A stretch of DNA of 64,000 nucleotides from Tubiluchus corallicola (Eukaryota; Animalia; Priapulida), in the NCBI GenBank assembly GCA_030141605.1, contig JAQGDQ010000011.1:1298066-1362065 (forward strand), written 5' to 3'. The notes beneath the pieces are model-generated. The model searched no databases. It had not been told where the DNA came from and saw only the letters and a program-made list of their open reading frames with translations. The position numbers were made by a program, and so were the translations under genes. Of this stretch, positions 9,600 through 36,000 are shown in pieces (within the stretch, counting starts at the first letter, position 1; each line of letters begins with the position of its first letter).

Positions 9600-11825
9600 G
9601 TTAAGATTCGCTAGAGCAAAATCTTCCTGGATTTCGTACAGTTATTTATTCTCTGCAAACCTTTTGCTTGATAACTCGTTGGGCTTGCAGGCTAGGGTCA
9701 GAAACTCACAGGGTTGGTAGCCCTGGGCGGGGCACAAACAACAGTGTGTCAATTTTTGACCTCTAGTGAAGGGGGCAGGCATACGTTAGTTTTTCTATAA
9801 GTCTTAACTTCTCCTAGAGCTTTCAATTTTTCACATTTTTTCACGGGTATTTGGGAACTGAGGGGTAGATGAGCACTTGGGGTTTTAAGAAGCTGGCAAG
9901 TTTTGAACGTTTGAGGGAGTGGCCAAAATGCAAAATTGGAGATCCCCCATTTGGTGACTTTTTACATGCAGAGGGCTAGGAACAGAAAACTCACAGGGTA
10001 CACTCTCTGGGCTACGTATACATGTGACCCGAGTTGCCAGGTCGTGGAGTGGGCAGGTCTTCGTTTATTTTCCTTTAGAATCCATCTGCTCCTACAAATC
10101 TATGGCCACAATATATGGTATATGATGCTAGGTGGTGTCACACTCTTGTGTATCACGAAATATGGGAACTGTGCTTATGAAAATTTTCAGCTAGCGGCTT
10201 GGGGTAAAAACTGAAAAATAGGGGTTGGGAATACATAAGTGTAAATGTGAAAGTAAATATAAATTTATTTGCACACTGTATAAAATATTAAAAAATACAA
10301 AGTGTTGGAACACCAGCGCATAAAACATGCCAGAGTATTTTGCCTCTGATGTAGAGCAATAGTATCTTGTGGCACATCAAATGAAAGGCCTTGATGAGGG
10401 GCATCGAATGACATAGATTACAATGAGATTGGTTAACCTGCAACCCCACTAGGGGGCAAAATAAGGATAGAGGTGACAAATGCCTTCCAGTGTCAATGCA
10501 AGGAGCGGTAGTATATCAAATAAAAGGTCTCAATGAGACAATATGAATGGTATAAGACTATAAGTTATGCTAAAATTGCTTAACCCCAATCCAAGCAGGG
10601 GTAAAATAAAGGTCAAAGGCAAGTACTTTCTAGTATCAACCGAACGTACTCCCATCAAATGAAACGTCTCGATGAGGCGAATCGAATGTGAAGTTACAAT
10701 ATTGTTGGGCGCTGAGTAACCGACTAGCCGAAGTAGGACAATTGGCATACATGGGCTAGCCCAAGTAGGACGCGTCGTAAATGGGCTAGCCTAAGTAGGA
10801 CGTGTCGTACATGGGCTGCCCAAGTAGGACACTAGAAACAGGTCGCTAATTGAGTCGTTAAGTATACTGGCACTGTCAGTTATCCTTGTTTATGTAATAA
10901 TAATAATTAAAAACGTCAATACGCGTTGAATAATTTATTATACATCTGATAAAATAAAAGAATTTTATTCTGAGCTGGTAAAACGGACAATATTAAATTT
11001 GGCTCCGATATTAATATTAGTGAAGTGAAATGAATTTACTTTTTAGGCGATTTCAACATTTGTTTAAGATATATCATTTTTTATTTTGTGTCGCTTCACA
11101 GACAGGTGATCCATTTCACTACCTCTTGGATAAATAATTGTTTTCTCCTAAATGTTCTAGCGATCTATGTGCCCTACATGGGCTTGCGAGTCATGTACGA
11201 CAGTGCCCTACATGTTATAAAACTATTGATATTATTAAAACTAATTGTCTTTGCTTTTCCTAAATATTAAAAATGACTTTTTGTGCTGTGAAGACTTAGC
11301 AGCATCTGTCTCATTTTTAAACTGGCAATTATTTCTGTAATAACTGTGTGCATAGTTTCTCTATTTAAAGCATTAGATACTTAGTTTAATGTTATGATGA
11401 TGTTAATGGAGCTACTTTTTCTCTAAAACAAATTTAGTTTTATGTTTTATTACGTCATCATAATTCTCGATTTTCGTCAAAAATCGTCAGTGCCCTACTT
11501 GGGTTGCCCATGTACGACACTGCTTTTCCGCAAATTTAGCACATGCGTTTTACCGGCTAGTGGGTTACTCGGTGCCCTACAATAAGACACGTTAACCGTG
11601 CGATCCCACTATGGGCAAAATAGGAGTGCTTAGTCAAAATTGCCTTCCAGTGTCCAACGAACCTAGCTTGTAGTATATCAAAGGAAAGGTCCCAAAGAGA
11701 CAAATCGAATGGTATAAGTTACGCCGAGATTGAAAATGATCACGGGTTGAAAAGTTACAAGTTGCGATTTCATATGAAGTGCATTTCCTGTGTATTCAAG
11801 CAAGGCGACTTCAATAAAACAAAGT
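9600..11825. mobile_element. Unclassified non-autonomous element built of internal direct repeats (host of the nested MITE)
   Basis: Repeated modules ggctag..cagaaactcacagggt (about 9690 and 9975) and atcaaatgaaagg...gag...gaatg (about 10375, 10515, 10653, 11677); boundaries approximate. Confidence 0.55.
10703..11581. mobile_element. MITE with TGT...ACA termini and about 30-bp TIRs, nested insertion
   Basis: tgttgggcgctgagtaaccgactagccg vs cggctagtgggttactcggtgccctaca; subterminal tandem motif gtacatgggctagcccaagtaggac; related inverted copy at 63059-63813. Confidence 0.8.
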
Positions 11826-14800
11826 TAGAACTTTCAAAGAAAGGGCTGGCGTCTTCTCAAGTCTAAAACTACTGACTGTATTATTTGTAAAATCTTCAGT
11901 ATCTGGCTACGTCCGAAACATTGTTAACTAGTTTAATTTGGTATTAAATTAGTCTGAAATCTAAACGCTTAATAAATCTATCATACAGTGCTGTTGTTGT
12001 CTCTACAGAATATTACACAGAATTTCCAAGGGGCAAGCAAAAATTGAACGAGTAATAATACAGCAAATTTTTAAGACACAGTAGGCCTATATTTCTAAAC
12101 AATAGAGAATCTATCATGCCCTCAGTGGACAGTGTGGAGGAAGCTTTGCGCATCTGGCTCGATGTGCAATATTGATGGCTATGACAGGAAAGCAAGGAAG
12201 TCAGGTTCGAACTCTGGGTCCTCCAACAGATCTTGCACTTGCAGATGTCTCACGAGCTTCAGGATGTATAGCTCCACTGTGTCCACACCAACGAACACAT
12301 TGTTTCAGGAATGCGTTAATAGATTAATGTACTAAATCGTGCTGTACGATTAGGCTTACTTATACTACTATCAAGAGGTTATGTAGCACCCTGCATTCGG
12401 CAAGATAAGTTTCAAAATTTGGCAATTATCTTTTTTTTCTTTTTTCAAACATGTTTATAGCCAAACAACATTAATTTTTCTTTACTCTGGGCAGATACGC
12501 TTATAGTTTTTCTCCTCCTAGTTTATCGACATTTCCCCTCTTTACGTCTCTCCCAACACAACAACAAAAAACGTTTTTCCTATCACGGTGAACTAAACGA
12601 AAAAAGATACTTTCTTACCGTTTAGACAGAGTTTGGGAAATTTAAATTCCGAACAGGTCAAAAATACAGTGGTGCTTTTGCTCAGGAAAATTAATTTTAA
12701 CGTCTTTTCTGGGGTACAGTGCAGTATAAAAGTCTTAGTGCACTTGTTGTGTTGCATCACATTTTTGTATAAGTTGAAACTCAATCCGCTAAATTTTTTC
12801 ACTTGAATAACAATATTGTTATGTATTAAAATGCGGTGCTATCAGCTTTATTGAAGGTTCAATGATGAATATAGACTCCTTCCCTTCTGGCCCGGAAACA
12901 GCACCACAAAACTCAATTCTAGATACACTACGAGTCGATTTACTTTTGAGTTCTCGTATTTATTGATTTTGTAATGAGACATACATGAAAATATGAAAGA
13001 TATACTCCATTCAATGTAGCAGAAATAAAAATTAAACAAAACTGCATTCAAATAGCTCAAGTACAACAATCTTATTATTTCAAAACATTATAATCACTCA
13101 TATATAATAATTAATTACTATACCACAGTCTACATTTATAAATGTTTATTATGAGCAAAAACAGTCTTTGCACGGCAGCTGCAGAAAATTTATGAAGAAC
13201 AATTATAACTCTCAATTGCAAAAACACACTACTTACAGTACAACAAGTTGTTCTTTTTATAAACCAATAACGGCACCTTCCCTTTTATAAAGGAATAATC
13301 TTATGAATTCTAGAAACAACTGATGATGAAAGTTGCAGAGTTAAAAAAACTTTTGTGTGGAGTAAGATGAGAATGATGTATACAAATTTTCCTGAAACCC
13401 CAAAAATGAATTGTAGAAAACTGATTTCAATATGACAACTAAAACTCAGTATTCCTGATAATTATTTTAGCACTTGTTTGCAAAGTCTTCTGAATTGGGA
13501 CAATGCAAAAAATTTTGTTACATAATGCCAACAACTTTGAAAACAACAATAAACAAACGTATACAGGAAAACTGCCTCATGTAATGCCAAAAATTAATTG
13601 ATAATAATTCAAAAATTCATGTTGTCATGGTGATCATATGATCTCGAAACCTACTAACATAAAAAGTACAACTGCCTTTATTTTGGTAAGTTTTTTACAA
13701 GTAACATTTTAAACAGCTAGCAATGCTTCTAAAAATACAATTTTGTAACACAAATTTGCTAAAATTTTTATTTCCAGATGCTTCTTCTCTAAGACAAGCA
13801 AATATTCTGAGTCGTTCAAGATTACAAAATGAAAAATTACTAAAAGCTCGAAAGGAAAAGGTTTTTTATTTCTTATACTGTTACAAAAGACAGCAGTAAT
13901 TTTCGGCTAAGTAGACCAGCATCTATTTAATCTATTCATGCAAGTGCTCAGCGATAACAAATATAATAGTCAAGGAAAGATACTGCTGTATAGCAACATA
14001 ATGTACATTATTATTATCATTTTGAGATTATGAACATAAAAACTAAACAAACACTCCTTGAAAATGGCTAGGTGAAAAACAACTACTGACTTAACAAACG
14101 AATTGCACGATTCGCAATTAAATCGCATTAAACCATGGTCACAAAACATCTTTTCATCTCACGTTTGCAGTTATAGTGAAGTTAGAAACAGAATTTTTTT
14201 AAAAAATCAGTATTTCAGTCGCTGTCTTAGCCTCATGCACTAGTTTTTCACTAATCACTCACTATCAAATGTGGCATGAAGAAATTGAAAAAGTCATCCT
14301 GATTATGATCTTAGAAAAAAAAAATTAAAATTGTGTTCTAAAATGTATGTGCAGCAGAAATTTGCAAGTTGGAGAGCAAGCAGCCAAAAATGTTTTGGCA
14401 GTTTAAACCAGAAAATTTGGAAAGAGTATTAATTTGGAAATACAGAATGTAAAAAACCGCAAATAATAATGACACCTCAAATCTAATATTAGATTATTAT
14501 CTAGCTGAACTATGTTGGTATCTCCTTGGATAATATTTCTACTACAGCTTCAGGCAATATACTTACCACCGGATAAAGAAATCTACATAAAAATATTCAC
14601 AAGTCGTTCTTATGTACATCATCATAAATACCTAATAATCTATGTAACTGGTAACAAAAGCGCTGGTTTTTTAATTCACTAGACAGCCAGTGAAATCTCA
14701 TCTAACTTTAGCAAATCACAAACACTGCATAAAATGTTAAACAAAGGCTGAGCAATTACAACTCAAAGTTTCCAAGCAATAAAAGTTGAACATAAATAAA

Positions 14801-15016
14801 CATAACAAGGCAAATAAAAATGTATACGTTAAGCCCTTTGGGTAGGAAACGGCCAAAAAAAGAACAAGAATCATGACTGCCTTAAGTCCCAGAAAATTCT
14901 GCCTAATTTGGTACAAAAAATAATTTCTCTGAATGGCATACTGGTTTCCTTATTTACTTTCAACGCACAAAATTTCACAGAAGAGAGCACTAACCGTCTT
15001 TTTGTCTAGTTCTTAA

Positions 15017-15335
15017 AGCAAAAGCCAAGACTTCGGGGAAGCTAGGGTTATGTCAACGTTTGTGAAGATGTTAAGCTTTAGTAATAAAAGTGAGATAAGT
15101 GCCTCATGTAGTTGGTAAAATCATTTTAATGTCACGAATACTTCATGCTTGTTGAAGAAAACAGTGCACTGTCAAGTTATGGCTAATTTTGTGATATTTC
15201 TGCGTGAATATTAGGTAAATTGCAGATGTAAATGGCTTTATAGATAGTTTTTTGCTAACTTCTTTCTTATATTTTTCAAAGTTTAAGTTGTAACAGTAAA
15301 ATAAACCTGACATGCTAAGTGACTTGTCCTTCCCT
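15017..15335. mobile_element. Kolobok-like MITE, family B
   Basis: ttaa|agcaaaagccaag ... cttgtccttccct|ttaa; both ends align with 43819-44356. Confidence 0.75.
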
Positions 15336-16227
15336 TTAAATACTTTGCTTTAGTCAGTCAAGCATTACTGTAACCCACTTCAGTTCTGGAAACCCGGCAA
15401 CAAAGTGGCAAGTGCGCTCTACTAAATAAAAAATCTTAAACTATAAAGTTATGCGTGCCATGTTAAGATTCTAGAAATTGTCTATTTCATGCTGGCATAG
15501 AAAAACAATCATGAGCTCACAATAAAATCGGGCTGTTGCTTTACGTTCGAAACCCACAACATGTCAGCCTTTTTTTATTTCTTCATTTACAAGAAGTTAT
15601 AAATCCAAAGATCTGAAATGAATGCCTCGGCACTTAATGCATAATCATAAATACAAACTTCAATAAACGACTTTCATCTATTATTTTGGCCACCAAATTT
15701 GTAAATTTATCAGAAAATTGTGTCATAATATTAATAATGATAACAATGAAACTTCCATGTTTAGAAAACTAGTTTCTCTTATATAACAACAAACGTTTCG
15801 ACTCGTGACTTCTACATTACTTTGCAAGATTGTTGAAGATAAAAACAAGAAAATGCCTAGGACACAAACACTAAGTAGAAAAAAACCACTTAAACTTTCA
15901 AAAACTGGTTCACTGTTTATCATTAAACACTGGAAACAAATTTGTTAAAAAAGAAAATAAAAAAATTGAAACTGACCCCGATTTAAACTAGGAACTTTTG
16001 CGTTGGTTGTATTGACTTTTCACCTTACCTTCCATTTTGGACAAGTTTGGTGTCAAAATTTGTTGGCTCATTCCACTAATAATAAACATCTAATCTTAAA
16101 ATTAAAATTGAAAATATTTAAACTCACTTAATTACCCATTTACTTGTTTAGTACCTTCAACAATTTTGTTGCTATGAAACAAAACAAAGAAGTCAATCCT
16201 GTATGGATGGAACGACGGCGGTCCAGG

Positions 16228-31200
<14,973 letters not shown>

Positions 31201-32481
31201 CTTTTTCTCTGTGTCTTTCGTTAAATTTTCATCATCCACCTTAACAGAAATTCTAAAGCAAAATTAATAAAGAAAAACTCAACTACCAACTCTGTAAACA
31301 CTGTAATTATATGGCTGCAAAATGCCATATAATTTCTATTCAGCATAATGCAAATCTAGATTAGTTTAGTTTACTTTACTATTTTCAAATGCCACAGTAA
31401 ATACACACTGAGCTACATACATTGCAAAACACAGCAAACAAAGAAAAGAACTGAAATTTTACAGAACTGCATACTTTAGATATCAGCTCAGATCAGGAAG
31501 ATAAACTTGCAAAGGTCAGAGCAGAAAGGCAAAACGGAAAGAAAAGGAACAAAGCGATGCAAGACAAAAACGGCCAACAAGGAGACTGAAAGGCCAGTAA
31601 AAACAATGGTAAAGCAAATCATAAGGGAAATGAGAAGTGATGATGAAAATGAAGAGTAGATTTTTATAAGAATGCAATGAGATGAATGAAATGAACTGGA
31701 GATGGATCAATTAGTGGAGCAGCTGCGAAAGAGACTTGGGGTAGAACTCAGTCATACACACAAAGTCTTACAGTCCTGCTACTTCTTCTTTTATGTCACA
31801 CTATGTGTAATAATTTATGAAAACATTACTAAGTATGAAATGAGTGTTAACGAATAATACATTTACATGAAAACAACATTGACTGCCTGATGTGAATTAC
31901 AAATTATATTTATGTTGTTTTGCACATATATTGAAGGTACAAACCCGGGTGCTATAGCCAGAGTAACAAGGAAAACAGACCCATGCCTGATAGCGTCAAT
32001 GGTAGCACATCATCTAAAAAAACACAACAAAGTGAGATGCAAAGCATTAAAAGAAAGGACATTTGTATACACGTTCTACAAATAAAAGTGCATTCACGAA
32101 TTCACGTACCTTTAAGCCCCTTCTATCATAAATTCCATGTAAATGAAATCTTCTTACATCGTAGAATTGATTATGAATTTAAGCTTTTTGCAGATGATGA
32201 TGTTGTTGATTACAGGTTAGCAAATGAATACTTCGTCGCAATTTTAAAGCAAACTTGGCCTTCAATTCCAAACTGTTTCAAAGCGCTGTTAAAAATGTTA
32301 TGATACTTTTCGTCAGGCCAGTAAAATAAAATCATAAACTAAAAACAAACTATTTTTGTTTGGTTGGTTAAACAAACTTTCGATAAATTTTTATTTTATT
32401 TTATCTTATTAACAGAACATAGATAGACTGCACGTGGCTAAATCAAAAGAATACCTTTACACGAATTAGTAAACAAGAAAG

Positions 32482-33030
32482 ATGGAGTCTTTCACACAGT
32501 TGTTCGGGAGAAATTCCCTTTCTGCTAGAGCTATGGTATTTAAAACCGTTAGATCGATGGCTTTAAATAATATGGAATACTTTCAAACCGATCAAGGCAG
32601 CTTTAGCGACCGCCTTTATATGTCCTTTTCAGTTATGCACGAATTTTTAGACAAAGTAGAACCTGCGATTTCTCAGCTTGAAAAGATAGCTGCTAAGTAC
32701 GATTTAGACGATGAAACTCCAGGAAATGGTTATCGAAGTATTGTGTCAGTTTTGGATTCTGCGGTGCTGTGTTTGCTGAAAACGACTAGAAATATTTCTC
32801 TCAATCGAGACTCGTTTCTTTTTCGTGGTGGTCATTTTTGTCGAGAACTGGAAGCTTACACTTCAGTGCTTGGAACGCTGCAATCTTCAATACCTTATCT
32901 AGCCAAGCTTGATTCCTGGTGTGAAAAAGGTAACCTCTTTGCGCCTGAGGAAAAAATACCATGGGACCTGATGAGAGAAGTAGAAAACTTGAACCAGGCA
33001 GCTTTTTATGGCAGACCCGTTGGCTTTCAG
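32482..33030 (+). CDS. LIPE: LIPE coding exon 1
   Basis: ATG to TTTCAG|gtcagt, 183 codons, HSL N-terminal domain. Confidence 0.92.
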
Positions 33031-36000
33031 GTCAGTTTCAATTGACAACTTTATTTAAATTTAACATTTTCATCGACATCACATTTTAATAAAACTTTCA
33101 GTAAGAGAGCTTTCAGTTTTATAAAGTTAACAGAAAGAAGATGAAGTGGATTATGCGATATAAGTTATTGATGCAGTACCATAGACAAGAATGCATAATA
33201 AATTTTGTTTATCTGCATAGACCTGACCAACTTTGAATGTAAAACCTGATATGTTTGTGGCAAATGGAAAACAAAATCTGGTACTGGTATTATGGCTGGC
33301 TTTGGGGAAACTGAACTTTTTTCAGGTTTTATTTAATAAAAAAATGGAAATGGAATAATCCTATTAAGATTCATCATATAATAAAAGGTCATTGTGTAAA
33401 AATACAGCATTGTGTGGTTGCAAAATTCACCATTATGTAACGCATTTTATATCATTGCGTAACGAGCATTACATTTACAGTTTTCTGCATCATTATGTAA
33501 TGGTTATTGCGATGCATTGTGTAACAAATTAATGTAACTAATACTAGTCGTGGTGTCTGTGTTTTACTCTAGTGATTGGACTAGGTCAGTTTATTTCTAT
33601 TCCTAATGTACAGAGTTTGGTCTGTCTGAAATCTGATCCGTGCAGATATATGATTTGTGACTCAGGTCTGATGTATCAGAAGTCTGATCTGTGACTGCTC
33701 TGTCTGAAGTTTCATCTATCAGAAGACTGGTCTGTGTCAGACCGGTCTACTGAAGTGTGATCTATCAGAAGTCTGGTCTGAGGCTGGTCTAATGAAGTCT
33801 GTTGTATCAGAAGAAGTCTGGCCTGTGACTGGTGACCTGAAATCTGATCTATCAGTAGTCTGGTGTGTGGCTGGTTTGCTGAAGTCTGATTTATCAGAAG
33901 ACTGGTCTGTGTCAGGCTAGTCTACTGAAGTCTGATCTAACAGAAGTCTAGTCTGAGGCTGGTCTACTGAAGTCTGATCTATCAGAAAAAGTCTGGCCAG
34001 TGACTGGTGACCTGAAATCTGATCTATCAGAAGTCTGGTCTATAGCTGGTATGCTGAAGTCTGGTCTGAGGTTGGTTGACTAAAGTCTGATCAGTCAGAC
34101 ATTTGGTGGGAGGCTGGCCTACTGAGATCTGATTTGTCAGAAGTCTTGCCTGTGGCTGGCCTGCTTAAGTCTGATCTACCAGAAGTCTAGTCTGTGACTG
34201 GTGTACTGAAGTCTGATTTATCAAGAGTCTGATATGTGACTGGTCTGTCTGAAGTGTAATCAGTCTGGCTGTGTTTGGTCTGACTGGGTGACAAAGGGGG
34301 ACAGTGTAAAAAGAGGGACAAATGCTCACAAATTTCTTGACTTTCATTAAGAATATTTGTGTGTGACATTTTTCTCTTTATGGTAGGAAATTGCTTCAGA
34401 TTAACTTACGATCAGAATTCCAGACTTAAAAATCTTATACAAGATAAAAGGTCAGTCTGGAAGCTTAGGCCATCCATTGATCTCAGAAAAATTACAAACC
34501 TCATAATGGGACATAACAAAATGGCCATCTTACCTAGATCAAAAACATGCTGCTAATATACAATGCAAAATGAACAATGCCGCCTCTAAGAAAAGGCCAA
34601 GCCATCAGACTTTGTGCCTCGTTGTGACTCAGGTGTACTGTATCAAAATGTGTTGTATCAAAATGTAATATCACGGTAACAAATGCATACCATCAAATGA
34701 CAATGTAGCAAATCGTATTAAGCTGACTGGGTTAATGTCAGTATGCAGTGTTATCAAAACATAATACTTCTCAAACACGCCCTCGTCTATGAAACTTGAA
34801 CACATTCTTAACAACATAGTTTAATTTTTTTAAACCTAGATAACAGCCCACAGATTGTGGCCTTTTGGGGAGCCTCAGACAGAGCCATCCTTTAACTCGC
34901 TCGTACCCGTCATGATTATTTTTTTACTCCTGGTATATTTTAGTGATATTTATGTAGCTTGAAGTAAACTGACAAGAAGAAATTATTTTTATAAACTAGA
35001 TCTCTTGTTTGTCCTTAAAAATATTCTTTAAGAAATAATACTATTTTACTATTTGTTGCAAATTATTACATATTTCAATACTTCCGCAGTGAAAAAAAAC
35101 AGATTTTCTAAAACCGTTTACCATGGCCCCTCAAGCTTGAGGGCCCTAGACTGCATCCTATACTAACCTATAGGTAATATGGCCCTACATATATAACCCT
35201 GTCAGATCAGACCTCAGAGAACAGATCATGGACAGTCCTGACAGCTACAAAGTCAATTGGACAAAACTAACCCAGATCCACATGTAAAACAGAAAAAAGC
35301 TGACACAAGCACAGTCCATGAGTATCCCTACTTTAGCTTGTAAAATAATGCATTATTTTTGTTACACATTGACAAATTTTGACATTTGTTACGTAATGCA
35401 GCGCTGTTACATAGTGGTAGTTTTCCTATGAAAGGATATCAGGAAATGATTGCCTCCTCTGTACAGAAGACACTGAAAAGAATAGATAAAAAATGACAAC
35501 ATCATCAGAAAGAACATTTAATTTTTAGTAAAAGCACTTATTTTAGTATCTAGTACTGTTGTTATTCACAGCTCTGAGGACCATAAGTGAAAGAGCACAA
35601 CTTATGTTGGTTTCTCAGAGGCACAGTTTCTCAGTGGGAATGGCATCATGACTCTTCCTTCAAAAACTTCATTGATTTTTGACTTCTGGCAATAAGAACT
35701 TGAAAGAATTTAAAAGACAGATTAAATAAGTTGCATAATAATGATTAAATATTAAAAATACGTTTATATTATCTCTTGAAATAACTTTTAAATATAGCGG
35801 GTCTGTCGTTTCCTGTATAATGAACATTAACGTGTGCTTTTTTCAGTTCTACTCGAAAATGTCTAGTATTTTTTACCACAAAATCTACAATGCAGAATTT
35901 TTATTTTTATTTTGTATTTCAATAGTTTTCTGAAGCTGTTTAGAGCTAAGACTTGTGATTTCAAGGAAAAGTGATAGCCAATGTGCCCAAAAATGTAAAT

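Noticed and set aside
31983-32303. 106-aa plus-strand ORF upstream of LIPE
   Set aside because: No recognisable homology and no in-frame splice into LIPE that I could support.
33620-34285. Repeat array as CRISPR-like
   Set aside because: Contiguous degenerate units without unique spacers, in an animal intron with no cas genes.
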